Of a stretch of 64,000 nt of DNA, positions 50,824-59,906 are shown piece after piece (the first letter of the stretch is position 1; each line of letters opens with the position of its first letter). The stretch spans positions 182,616 to 246,615 of the forward strand of contig JBBTSA010000010.1 of NCBI GenBank assembly GCA_038064895.1, read 5' to 3'. The DNA is from Patescibacteria group bacterium. Its GTDB lineage: Bacteria > Patescibacteriota > Microgenomatia > Daviesbacterales > UBA10151. A model generated the notes under the pieces. It had not been told where the DNA came from and made no database searches. It worked only from the letters and a program-made list of their open reading frames with translations. A program made the translations under genes and the position numbers.

Positions 50824-52012
50824 TTAGGTTTTTGTTTCGTAAGTATACAAAAGATAAAACACCTATTCCACTTATTACCATAAAAGTTCCAAACCAGCTT
50901 AAATAATTTCTCTGCTTTTCCCCTTTAACCTCTGCTTGAGGACTAGCTTGGACTGCTTTTTGAGAAGGAGTGGCAATCTTAATATATTTTTCTAATGAAT
51001 ACTCCTCATGTTTTGAAGATATTATTTTACTTTTTTGTTTTTCTTCTGTTCCCAGGATTTCACCCTCCTCATTATCTTCAAGAGTAATTTCTTGAGCAAT
51101 TATGCTAACTGTTAGCTCATTACTCCAACTCAAAGATCCAACCTCTGTATATCTTCCTACCTTAAAAATATAGTCTCCCCCTCCTTCATATCCGGAATCG
51201 AAAATATCAGGCTGGATTTCTAAATTTCCACTCCATCCACCAGATGCATTAGTTGTTATTTTAGATTGATCAGAATATGTCTGACTGTTTTTTTTCCAAC
51301 TACTTCCAACTTTTGTCAGACCAAAATAATTACTTCCATCTTTTTTCTTAAAGGCTCCTTTTAAATAGAGGGTTGTATTTGGGCTATTTGATAAAGATAA
51401 ATTTACAGATACTTTAAATTCTTCTGTTGAATCAATCTTTGAAGGAACATTGGAAATGGTAAATGTAGAGGAGGATGAGCTGCTGGATGATGAGGTGGAA
51501 CTTGATGAAGAGGAAGTGGAAGGAGAGGGAGATGAAGATGGACTTGGAGAAGGAGATGAGGCTGTTGAATTATTGTTTGAAGATCCTTTGGTGGGTGATA
51601 AGAAAATTACCCATCCCCCTGTTGCATCCGAATTTCGCCCAGCGGATTGCTCTACTCCTGGAGATGAGATATCTCCACTACTACCATAAATTACTTGATC
51701 TACAGCTTGGCCCGGTGAAGATTTCAGCTCAAGTTTTATTGTATCTCCATCCTTATTCAGTCTATTAGACCAATCTATATAGCAAAAATTTCCATTACAT
51801 ATTGAAGTTGCTAAATCTTGTTTATTATTCGCAGCATCTACTATCTGATAAAGAGAAGTATCTACCGCATCTGTGTATATTTCCACCCAATCAGGATTTG
51901 AGGATGATGTTCCTTCAGAGTAGAATTCATTGATTTTAATAGAAGAGGCAAAAGAGGTTTTTGCTCCGAAAAAGAGTAACAAGGCAGTAAGAATTAGCAG
52001 TTTGATTTCCAC
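50786..52012 (-). CDS. Exported lamin-tail-domain protein with Ser/Pro-rich linker and C-terminal TM anchor
   Basis: Signal peptide; IKINEF...DWVEIY, LNKDGDTI.L, S.GR..D and SPTKGSSN; poly-Ser linker. Confidence 0.75.
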   Translation of the reverse strand: MEIKLLILTALLLFFGAKTSFASSIKINEFYSEGTSSSNPDWVEIYTDAVDTSLYQIVDAANNKQDLATSICNGNFCYIDWSNRLNKDGDTIKLELKSSPGQAVDQVIYGSSGDISSPGVEQSAGRNSDATGGWVIFLSPTKGSSNNNSTASSPSPSPSSSPSPSTSSSSSSTSSSSSSSSSTFTISNVPSKIDSTEEFKVSVNLSLSNSPNTTLYLKGAFKKKDGSNYFGLTKVGSSWKKNSQTYSDQSKITTNASGGWSGNLEIQPDIFDSGYEGGGDYIFKVGRYTEVGSLSWSNELTVSIIAQEITLEDNEEGEILGTEEKQKSKIISSKHEEYSLEKYIKIATPSQKAVQASPQAEVKGEKQRNYLSWFGTFMVISGIGVLSFVYLRNKNLSETLSNIFRKRN

Positions 52013-52034
52013 TATTTTAAATAGTATAGGATTA

Positions 52035-53237
52035 TTAAGGTATATGCCAATATAAAGTCACAATATCACTATTATCGTGATCCAATACCATTCCTCTCCC
52101 GACTGTTCCTGTTAAATAGCAGGCATTTGAGTCAGAGAATTCATAAGCCACCCCGTCGGCTACAGCTTTAATAGGATACCCATGAGGATTGGCAATATCC
52201 AAACCAGTATGTGGCGGCCAACCAGAAATATAATCTGAACCGGATGCTCCGTATAATGTGGTTATATCCCCGTAGCATGAATTGGTAAAGCTACATTTAT
52301 TAGCGGAATAATTATCTAATGGGGAGCCAAATTGAGAGTTTATATAAGATTTTGGATCCACCTTATTTTCTTTCCCCACAACACCGTTGTTTTCCACTTT
52401 AGCATTAGTCATTACTTCAAAATGCAAATGAGGTCCTGTAGAGCAGCCGGAATTACCAACAGATGCAATTACATCACCTCTTTTAACAGGTCCTATTTTT
52501 ATACCACCCCCGCTTAAAGCACGTCTGATAGAGTCTGTATCTGCCCGAAGTTGTGCAATTAAACCTTGATATCTGGCCTCATCATTTCTGGTAATTCTTA
52601 CAAGTTCTTCTTTATCCCTTTTTTGTTGGGTAAGTTGTTGTTTATAAATTTCTAAGTCTTCATTTAATTTTTCAGCCTCTTGCTGTCTTGTCTCCTTATC
52701 CTGTTTTTGCTCGTTATATGCAAGCTTTGTTGCCTGCAGTTCATATAATTTTTTCTTATCATAGCTTTGAGCAACCTGAATATACTTAAGCCTTTCCAAA
52801 AGATCCGCAAATCCGTGGGATGAAAATAAAAGATCCAAAGTAGAAATGCTATTTGAATATTTATAGGTTTGGATGATCCTTTTTAGAAGAATCTCCGATA
52901 ATCTGTCTAAAGAAGCGGAAATACGCTCAATCCTTGTTGATAAATCGGAAATTTCCCGCTCAAGCTTTTTAATCTTAAGATTTGTCTCTTCAATTTTTAA
53001 AGTTGTAACTTTTGCCTGTCCGTCAACTATCGCAAGTTGAGAATTTAGAGTTTTCTCCTGGGTTTTTGCATCCCGAAGATTTGCTTCCAGTTTCTCGATT
53101 TCCGCCTGCTTTTCCTGAAGTTGTTTAGTTAATTCATCGGACTGGGCAAAACTAGGGGTTTGGGTATAGGGATAAGGGAGTAGGAAAAGAAAGGCAACAA
53201 AACTAAATGCTAAAAGCAGTGGTAGAAACTTTTTCAT
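52035..53237 (-). CDS. Coiled-coil plus M23 peptidase (EnvC/PcsB-like FtsEX partner), circularly permuted M23
   Basis: Signal peptide and long coiled coil; GNSGCSTGPHLHFEV comes before HTGLDI...TLYWH; directly after ftsX. Confidence 0.85.
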   Translation of the reverse strand: MKKFLPLLLAFSFVAFLFLLPYPYTQTPSFAQSDELTKQLQEKQAEIEKLEANLRDAKTQEKTLNSQLAIVDGQAKVTTLKIEETNLKIKKLEREISDLSTRIERISASLDRLSEILLKRIIQTYKYSNSISTLDLLFSSHGFADLLERLKYIQVAQSYDKKKLYELQATKLAYNEQKQDKETRQQEAEKLNEDLEIYKQQLTQQKRDKEELVRITRNDEARYQGLIAQLRADTDSIRRALSGGGIKIGPVKRGDVIASVGNSGCSTGPHLHFEVMTNAKVENNGVVGKENKVDPKSYINSQFGSPLDNYSANKCSFTNSCYGDITTLYGASGSDYISGWPPHTGLDIANPHGYPIKAVADGVAYEFSDSNACYLTGTVGRGMVLDHDNSDIVTLYWHIP

Positions 53238-53246
53238 CAGGGCGCA

Positions 53247-54119
53247 TTATATTTTTAAGTATCTTCTGACTGCACCAAATGCTCCTAGGTAACCCACACT
53301 TAAGGCACTTAACAAGCTTGCTGCAAGGAGGCCCAGCATCAATAAAGGATTAACCGGCAGGATTTTCACCTCTCCTAAAAACCCTTGCAAAAAGGGTGTA
53401 AAGTACCAAAGAATAAGATAGATCGCAACCCATGCGCATGTTGCCCCAACTACTCCATAAAATATACCTTCCAAAATAAAGGGGTTGCGGATAAAGTTGG
53501 GTGAGGCACCTATAAGACGCATTATTTCTATCTCCGCTCTTTTAAGGCGGATTTTAAAACCGATAATCATCAAGATTACTAAAGTTGCAAAAATCATTAA
53601 AAACCCTACTGTTGCTATTCCCACAATTCTTATTATCCTGGTAACAGAGGTTAGTGTTGCAACTACATCTTCCGGAACAATCACTTCCGATATTGCAGGT
53701 TCTTTTTTTAAAACTTCTGCAATAGGTTGTAAATCTTCAGGGGTCTTGGTAGAAATTTCCAGAGAAGCAGGTAGAATATTTGCAGTTACAAGCTCCAAAA
53801 GGGTAGGATCGTTTTTGTTTCTTTCTCGATAGATTGTCAAAGCTTCCTGCTTGGAAACATATTTTACGTTAGTCACTCTTTCTTCTTGTTTAAGGGCATT
53901 TTCAAGAGCTGAAACATCCAAATCAGTCGTTCCCTCTTTAAAAAATGCAATAACTTGGGGTTTGCTTTCAAAATAGCGCAGGATTGCTTGTGATCCTCCG
54001 GCAAGAATAAGAAAAGTTAAAAGTGCAAAAAATGTTAAGAAACAAACTAAACATGCAACTATAGCCTGATAAGGAGTTCTCCTGATATTCCTTTTTGCAA
54101 ACTCAAAAGATCTACTCAT
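53247..54119 (-). CDS. ftsX: Cell division permease FtsX
   Basis: Four TM segments; YVSKQEAL, LPASLEI and EIEIMRLIGA...IRNPFILEG motifs. Confidence 0.92.
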   Translation of the reverse strand: MSRSFEFAKRNIRRTPYQAIVACLVCFLTFFALLTFLILAGGSQAILRYFESKPQVIAFFKEGTTDLDVSALENALKQEERVTNVKYVSKQEALTIYRERNKNDPTLLELVTANILPASLEISTKTPEDLQPIAEVLKKEPAISEVIVPEDVVATLTSVTRIIRIVGIATVGFLMIFATLVILMIIGFKIRLKRAEIEIMRLIGASPNFIRNPFILEGIFYGVVGATCAWVAIYLILWYFTPFLQGFLGEVKILPVNPLLMLGLLAASLLSALSVGYLGAFGAVRRYLKI

Positions 54120-54786
54120 ATTTACCTTCTTTTGTATCTTTTATAACCTTTCCCCGCTTTAGTATTATTACTCTTCGCTTTAGTGTATTTACAATTTCCT
54201 GATTATGAGTTGCCATCAAAACTAAAGTACCCCAGGAATTAATCTCATTCAAAAGTTGTATAACCCCCCAGGCAGTCTTGAAATCCAAATCCCCTGTCGG
54301 CTCGTCAGCTAAAAGTATATCGGGTTTGGAGACAACAGCTCTTGCGATAGCAGTCCTTTGAGCCTCGCCCCCGGATAATTGCCTTGGGAAAAGATATCTT
54401 TTGTCCCAAATTTCCACAAGCTTCAAAATATGTTCAACCATTTTTGAAATTTCTTCATCTTTCTTACCCAAAACTTCCAATGTAAGAGCAACATTCTCAA
54501 AAACGGTTCGGTCATCCAAGAGTTTAAAATCTTGAAATACAAAACCAATCCTGTGCCTAAGTGCGGGGGTATCTTTATCTTTAAGTTTTGTAATATCTTC
54601 TTTTCCAACAGAAACTTTCCCGCTATTGGGTAAAACTTCCCTTGTCAAAATGCGAAGAAGTGTAGATTTACCTGCTCCTGACGGTCCAACGATGAAGACA
54701 AACTCACCCTGTTTTATTTCCAAGGATACATTATCTAAAGCAAGTGTTGAACCAAACTTCTTTGAAACCGAATCGAAAGTAATCAT
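54112..54786 (-). CDS. ftsE: Cell division ATP-binding protein FtsE
   Basis: GPSGAGKST, IGFVFQDFKLL, LSGGE and ADEPTG motifs; adjacent to ftsX. Confidence 0.93.
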   Translation of the reverse strand: MITFDSVSKKFGSTLALDNVSLEIKQGEFVFIVGPSGAGKSTLLRILTREVLPNSGKVSVGKEDITKLKDKDTPALRHRIGFVFQDFKLLDDRTVFENVALTLEVLGKKDEEISKMVEHILKLVEIWDKRYLFPRQLSGGEAQRTAIARAVVSKPDILLADEPTGDLDFKTAWGVIQLLNEINSWGTLVLMATHNQEIVNTLKRRVIILKRGKVIKDTKEGKYE

Positions 54787-55233
54787 TCATTTAGTTTCTT
54801 CCACTTTACCCACATCCATAAGCCAGCCTTCTTTCAGGGCTTTTTGAGTTTCACCAAATACTTTCACCTTTTTCCCCTCATATAGTGATAAATCAACAAC
54901 CGATGAAGTAAGAGCTACGGGAACGGTACCTTCACGCATTAAAATATGTGTGCCTTCTACATATTCTCCTTCATCGGACGGTTCGGGTCTTGCTTTAATC
55001 GTTCCTTCGGCAAAATCTCTAAATGTGCGGCTGTCTTGTTGTGCAGTCTTCGGAGTAGTTTCCAACAAGGAACTTTGAGCTTTGGAAGCGCCTTTGCTGG
55101 ACAGAATATAACCTGTTGCTAACCCTAAAACTGCAGCTGTTAAACATACTCCCAAGAGAAGTCGAGCCGAAGAGGTGGCAGGAGAAAACTTTTTTGCGAT
55201 TTTTTCATCACCTACATTTTGGGACTCATCCAT
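54787..55233 (-). CDS. Hypothetical single-TM protein
   Basis: One TM segment then a soluble domain; start taken at MDESQ because the longer ORF overlaps prfB. Confidence 0.65.
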   Translation of the reverse strand: MDESQNVGDEKIAKKFSPATSSARLLLGVCLTAAVLGLATGYILSSKGASKAQSSLLETTPKTAQQDSRTFRDFAEGTIKARPEPSDEGEYVEGTHILMREGTVPVALTSSVVDLSLYEGKKVKVFGETQKALKEGWLMDVGKVEETK

Positions 55234-55246
55234 CTTATCTAATATA

Positions 55247-56338
55247 TTAACCATAAAATGGAGAGTTGGCAAGTCCCCTAACCTCTGCCTCAATAAACCG
55301 ATCCAAATCCCCGTTCAAAACAGAACCCGTATCCGAGGTTTGAGTATTAGTCCTTAAATCTTTAACCATGTGGTACGGGTGCAGAACATATGATCTTATT
55401 TGTGTCCCCCATGAAGCTTGAGACTTACCACCTTTGAGCTGCTTTTTTAGCTCTTCATCCTTAGCCTGTTTGAGGACCCAAAGCTTGGATCTTAAAAGTT
55501 TTAAAGCATTTTCCCTGTTTTGAGCCTGGAATCTTTCTGTTTGAGCGGTAACTACAATACCACTAGGTTTGTGTTTAAGCCTTACTGCAGTTGATACCTT
55601 ATTAACATTTTGCCCTCCATGTCCACCTGATCTGAATGATTCAAACTCAATATCATCTTCTTTTATCTCAACTTCACTGGTACCCTCAATTACAGGCAAG
55701 ACCTCAACTAAGGCAAATGATGTTTGACGTAGCTTGTCAGCATTAAAAGGGGATTGCCTAACAAGTCTGTGGGTCCCTGCTTCCTTTTTTAGGTAACCAT
55801 AAGAGAGTGGCGCATGAACAATCATGGATATCTCCTTATATCCGGCCTCATCCCCAAAACTTTCATCTGTAATTTCATATTTCCACCCCATTCTTTCAAA
55901 ATATCTTTGGTACATCCTGGCAAGCATTGCTACCCAATCCATGGCTTCAACACCCCCTGCACCGGAGTGTATGGATATAATGGCTTCTGACTGGTCATGC
56001 GGGCCTGATAAAAAGAGTTGTAGTTCAAGCTGGTCTAAAGCTTTCTCTATTTTCTCTGTCTCTTTTTTTAAATCTTCTACCATGGTTGGTTCAGAAGACA
56101 TTTCCAGAGCATTATTTATTCTCTTTTCCAGATCATCCACTCCATTTAGTAATTTTTGTTTATCTGACAGCTGACGACTAACAACTGACGACTGCTTAGG
56201 ATCATTCCAAAAGCCTTCCTTCAAAGTTTGAGCCTCAAGTTCTCTAATTTCCTGAGCCAGCTGATCCTGATTAATAGAGGTCGAAATCTTCCCAAACCTC
56301 TCTTTTAACTCTTGTAATTTGGCTCTAATTTCATCCAT
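55247..56338 (-). CDS. prfB: Peptide chain release factor 2
   Basis: HRLVRQSPF anticodon motif and [13 protein letters not shown]; ATG at 56338 lies 7 nt after TATAAT. Confidence 0.95.
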   Translation of the reverse strand: MDEIRAKLQELKERFGKISTSINQDQLAQEIRELEAQTLKEGFWNDPKQSSVVSRQLSDKQKLLNGVDDLEKRINNALEMSSEPTMVEDLKKETEKIEKALDQLELQLFLSGPHDQSEAIISIHSGAGGVEAMDWVAMLARMYQRYFERMGWKYEITDESFGDEAGYKEISMIVHAPLSYGYLKKEAGTHRLVRQSPFNADKLRQTSFALVEVLPVIEGTSEVEIKEDDIEFESFRSGGHGGQNVNKVSTAVRLKHKPSGIVVTAQTERFQAQNRENALKLLRSKLWVLKQAKDEELKKQLKGGKSQASWGTQIRSYVLHPYHMVKDLRTNTQTSDTGSVLNGDLDRFIEAEVRGLANSPFYG

Positions 56339-56410
56339 GAGGTCAATTATACCCCGAAATCGGTCATTTTCCACCATTCTGGCCAATTTGAGCGATTTTT
56401 AATTAAAATA

Positions 56411-56450
56411 CCGAGGTTCAAACCTAATTAACCTCCGAGGTTATTTAGTT
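56411..56450. repeat. Intergenic hairpins (REP-like or terminator)
   Basis: AGGTT-CA-AACCT and CTAAtTAACCT-CCG-AGGTTAtTTAG; CCGAGGTT occurs twice. Confidence 0.45.
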
Positions 56451-56459
56451 GGGCTTCTG

Positions 56460-57065
56460 TCATATTTGTGACTTTTCCAAATAATTTTCAATTACCCAAT
56501 CTGGAGTCCAAGTACCTGAGGAAAATGCATATCCTCCAAACTTATCTACTTTAAGATCTTTTAATCTTTTAGCTATTCCCACTGATCTTTCAGGCAATAA
56601 TTGGGTAGCTTGAGAGGTTAGTATAGCTTCAAGGATTCCCATCTCGCGTATTACTTCTGGGTTAGCCATGTTAATAAGTCTAAGTTGATCAAATAATTGG
56701 TGAGCTTGATGGATAACTTGTCTGGCAGTTACCATTTGTTCATGTGTTCCCAAAAATTCTGATGTTAGAGTTCCAACCCCATTAATTCTTGAAGCATCTT
56801 CCAACCTGAAAGGATGTTGGTATTGTGCTAATACTTTGACAGTTGGCCGCATATCTGCTTGACCAAAGAAAACACTGCTCGTCTCATGGATTGGTGCACC
56901 GCAGGGAACAAGTAATCCTTCATCAGTTAACTGTAATAGTTCACCATTTAACCTGATTCTGGTTAAACCAAAGCTGAATTCTCTATATCCATCAGCGTGT
57001 TCCTGGACAAACCTTGACCAGTTTACATCAGGAAATTGTTCTATTGATAACGTTTCTCTTGCCAT
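56460..57065 (-). CDS. Hypothetical protein
   Basis: 201-aa ORF with ATG preceded by AGGA and TATAAT; no motif recognised. Confidence 0.65.
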   Translation of the reverse strand: MARETLSIEQFPDVNWSRFVQEHADGYREFSFGLTRIRLNGELLQLTDEGLLVPCGAPIHETSSVFFGQADMRPTVKVLAQYQHPFRLEDASRINGVGTLTSEFLGTHEQMVTARQVIHQAHQLFDQLRLINMANPEVIREMGILEAILTSQATQLLPERSVGIAKRLKDLKVDKFGGYAFSSGTWTPDWVIENYLEKSQI

Positions 57066-57123
57066 ATTATCCTATAATTATAGGATATCTGTACCTAAAA
57101 GTCAAATGTGTTAAAATTCCTTC

Positions 57124-57165
57124 ATGATTTTGCATATTGATACCAAAGATCAAAAAGTTATTTAA
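57124..57165 (+). pseudogene. Stub copy of the tsaB 5' end (MILHIDTKDQKVI*)
   Basis: 35/39 nt identical to 57812..57850; preceded by TGtTAAAAT 6 nt upstream. Confidence 0.8.
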
Positions 57166-57195
57166 TCCTGTGGGCAAGTATGTTATCATTAATTT

Positions 57196-57411
57196 ATGAG
57201 AAAAGCTTCCAGTGAACAAACTATGATTCAGATTATGAGTAATCCTAAGTATAAGGGAAAACATATTATTGTTATGAAAGGTGAAGTTTTTACTGCAAAA
57301 ACTGGGGGTTCGGCTAATAAACTTTTGGATAGACTGGAAAAGAAATATCCAAAAGAAATCCCTGTAATTACTTATGTTCCTAAAGCAGATACTTTGATTC
57401 TATGGTTTTAA
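57196..57411 (+). CDS. DUF5678-like small protein
   Basis: KYKGKHIIV..GEV...L....KKYP....ITYVP pattern; overlaps the downstream aspartyl protease gene. Confidence 0.7.
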   Translation: MRKASSEQTMIQIMSNPKYKGKHIIVMKGEVFTAKTGGSANKLLDRLEKKYPKEIPVITYVPKADTLILWF

Positions 57412-57815
57412 CTTTTCAGTTTGAAAAGTCCTTATCTCCTATTCTGGGGACAATCCATAGACCTGTTGCAAGAGTGTTATTTTATTCCCAACCAAAAAGA
57501 AAATGGTATGAAATATGGATGCTGGTAGATAGTGGGGCAGATTATACCTTGCTTCCAAGATATTTTTCCAACAGCCTCGGAGTAAATCTTAAAAAAGATT
57601 GCTGGGTTTTTAAAACAGCAGGCATTGGCGGAGAAGAAAAAGTTTATTTTTTAAAGAAGATTCAGGTTAGGCTGGGTGAGTGGACAAGACACATTCCAGT
57701 AGGGTTTCTTGATAGAGATGATATCCCGCCGCTTTTAGGAAGGCATCTCTTTTTGGAGACTTTTGAAGTACATTTTTCTCCTAAACATTTCATTACTTTT
57801 GAAGACAAACAATGA
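57402..57815 (+). CDS. Retropepsin-like (clan AA) aspartyl protease
   Basis: LVDSGADYTLLP catalytic motif, GIGG flap and LLGR motif. Confidence 0.8.
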   Translation: MVLTFQFEKSLSPILGTIHRPVARVLFYSQPKRKWYEIWMLVDSGADYTLLPRYFSNSLGVNLKKDCWVFKTAGIGGEEKVYFLKKIQVRLGEWTRHIPVGFLDRDDIPPLLGRHLFLETFEVHFSPKHFITFEDKQ

Positions 57816-58126
57816 CTTTACATATTGATACCAAAGATCAAAAGGTTATAAAGGTTGCCTTAAAAGAAAATGGCAAGGCAGTTAAAAGTTTATCTGCCAA
57901 AAATAAATACGGTTCACAGGTTCTTCTGCCACTCATCATTAAATTGTTAAAAAGGAAGGGTGTCAACCTAAGACACCTCGAAGGTGTCTTAAAAGAGGTT
58001 GAAGTGGAAACTGGACCTGGGTCATTTACAGGAATAAGGGTTGGGGTTTCTGTGGCAAATGCTTTAGGGTATTCACTGGGCATCCTAGTTAACGGGAAGA
58101 AAATAGAAACAGATTTGGTATACTAA
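57812..58126 (+). CDS. tsaB: Minimal TsaB-like protein
   Basis: LHIDT, SQVLLPLI and GPGSFTGIRVGVSVANAL motifs; only 104 aa. Confidence 0.85.
   Translation: MTLHIDTKDQKVIKVALKENGKAVKSLSAKNKYGSQVLLPLIIKLLKRKGVNLRHLEGVLKEVEVETGPGSFTGIRVGVSVANALGYSLGILVNGKKIETDLVY
57969..57991. repeat. Perfect 10-bp-stem palindrome inside tsaB
   Basis: TAAGACACCT-CGA-AGGTGTCTTA. Confidence 0.7.
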
Positions 58127-58130
58127 TATA

Positions 58131-59012
58131 GTGATTTGGCAAAAAATCCATCATTGGTTTATTCCACATAAAGAAACACACAAAAAAGCCCGCCTTATTT
58201 CTTGGGAGGCATTGCTTATCTATGTCTTATTTTTTATATTTTTACAGGTTGGTTTTTCAATAGTGGGCTATTCAAAACCGGGAATTTTAGGTATTACTTC
58301 CAATGTTGATCAAAAAAAACTAATTGAACTAACTAACAAGGAGAGATCCCAAAAAGGCCTGCCACCCGTTTTAGAAAATGAAGCCTTGAACAAGGCTGCC
58401 GCTCTTAAAGCCCAAAACATGTTTGAGGAAAATTACTGGGCACATTTTGCCCCTTCCGGCAAAACCCCCTGGGATTTTATCTTAGGTTCAGGGTATAAAT
58501 TCACCTATGCAGGAGAGAATCTGGCCAAAAATTTTTATGCATCGAATGATGTGGTCTCTGCCTGGATGGCATCCCCAACCCATCGGGATAATCTGTTAAA
58601 CTCAAGCTATCAAGATATAGGTATTGCTGTAGTTGATGGAGTTTTAAATGGAGAGAGAACTACTTTGGTGGTACAGGAGTTTGGCAGTACACAAATATTG
58701 GGAACCCAACCTCTGGTAAACTCCGGCAGTAAAAAATCTGTTGTGCCGGTTGAGGAATATAACAAAAAACCCCAGCTTCTGACAGCATTCCAATCTCCAC
58801 AGGTAGGAAAACCTTTACTGGATCCTTTTCAGGCTTCCAGAGGGACAGGTATTGGTATCATCTTTTTGATAACTATTTTACTAATGGTTGACCTGTTGGT
58901 TCTGAAAAGAAGAGGAGTATTTAGACTAAGTTCCAACCATACTGCCCATATGGCTATCATGTCGGTTGCTTTGACAATGCTTCTTACCAGTAAACCGGGG
59001 AGCATATTATGA
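58131..59012 (+). CDS. CAP (SCP-like) domain membrane protein
   Basis: LTNKER, YWAH, AGENLA, WMASPTHRDNLL and VVQEFG motifs. Confidence 0.9.
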   Translation: MIWQKIHHWFIPHKETHKKARLISWEALLIYVLFFIFLQVGFSIVGYSKPGILGITSNVDQKKLIELTNKERSQKGLPPVLENEALNKAAALKAQNMFEENYWAHFAPSGKTPWDFILGSGYKFTYAGENLAKNFYASNDVVSAWMASPTHRDNLLNSSYQDIGIAVVDGVLNGERTTLVVQEFGSTQILGTQPLVNSGSKKSVVPVEEYNKKPQLLTAFQSPQVGKPLLDPFQASRGTGIGIIFLITILLMVDLLVLKRRGVFRLSSNHTAHMAIMSVALTMLLTSKPGSIL

Positions 59013-59176
59013 TTATTCCAAATCAAATGCGAATCTTAATCTTGCTGGTTCTAATTTATCTTATTTGGGCTATGTTCTTTCATAAGCATGATAAAAGTTT
59101 GACTTTAAATATCATACTGGAGTATTTTTTAATAGCTGTCTTAGTGTTAATATTACTTTTAGGAGTTTGGTTTTAA
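59009..59176 (+). CDS. Small 55-aa two-TM protein (not in ORF track)
   Basis: ATGA-coupled to the CAP gene; MIIPNQMRILILLVLIYLIWAMFFHKHDKSLTLNIILEYFLIAVLVLILLLGVWF; ends 1 nt before rmlA. Confidence 0.7.
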   Translation: MIIPNQMRILILLVLIYLIWAMFFHKHDKSLTLNIILEYFLIAVLVLILLLGVWF

Positions 59177-59177
59177 G

Positions 59178-59906
59178 ATGAAAGGTGTTGTTTTGGCTGG
59201 AGGTTTGGGGACAAGGCTATATCCCCTGACCAAAGTTACAAATAAGCATTTGCTTCCGGTTTATGATAAGCCGATGGTTTTTTATCCAATCACTACATTG
59301 GTTAAAGCCGGCATCAAAGATATTGTGGTTGTAACAGGTGGGCCATACAGCGGCCATTTCATTTCTATATTAAAAAACGGCAAAGAGTTGGGGATAAAAC
59401 ATTTGGAATATGCCTATCAGGAAAATGAGGGAGGTATTGCAGATGCCTTATATTTGGCAAAAGATTTTGTTGGTCGGGATAGCTGTACAGTGATATTAGG
59501 AGACAATACTACAGATTATGATATAACAAATGATGTTAAAAGTTTTAAAAAAGGGGCAATGATTTTTATAAAACAGGTTCCCGACCCCGAACGTTTTGGT
59601 GTACCCATCTTTGATGAAAATAACACGGACTTAATAAAGGAGATCGTGGAAAAACCCAAAAATCCTCCATCTAATTTTGCGGTAACCGGTTTGTATATTT
59701 ATGACAGTGAGGTTTTCAGGGTTGCGAGTAAGCTTAAGCCCTCGCAAAGAGGAGAACTTGAGATTACGGATGTAAATAACTATTACGCCAAATCCGGCCA
59801 GCTAAAGTTTAAAAAGCTGAAAGGCTTCTGGCATGATACGGGTACCTTTGATCATCTGCTTGAGGCCAGTATTTTTTGGGCCAGAAAAGCCGGAGTGAAG
59901 GTATAA
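59178..59906 (+). CDS. rmlA: Glucose-1-phosphate thymidylyltransferase (short RmlA/SpsI type)
   Basis: LAGGLGTRLYPLT, KHLLPVYDKPM, LGDN, EKP and PSQRGELEITD motifs. Confidence 0.88.
   Translation: MKGVVLAGGLGTRLYPLTKVTNKHLLPVYDKPMVFYPITTLVKAGIKDIVVVTGGPYSGHFISILKNGKELGIKHLEYAYQENEGGIADALYLAKDFVGRDSCTVILGDNTTDYDITNDVKSFKKGAMIFIKQVPDPERFGVPIFDENNTDLIKEIVEKPKNPPSNFAVTGLYIYDSEVFRVASKLKPSQRGELEITDVNNYYAKSGQLKFKKLKGFWHDTGTFDHLLEASIFWARKAGVKV

Noticed and set aside
51450-51768. Acidic Glu/Asp-rich plus-strand ORFs
   Set aside because: They are the antisense reading of the poly-Ser linker codons.
56339-56386. N-terminal extension of RF2 given by the ORF track
   Set aside because: It contains a TATAAT box 7 nt before ATG 56338, which gives a normal RF2 length.
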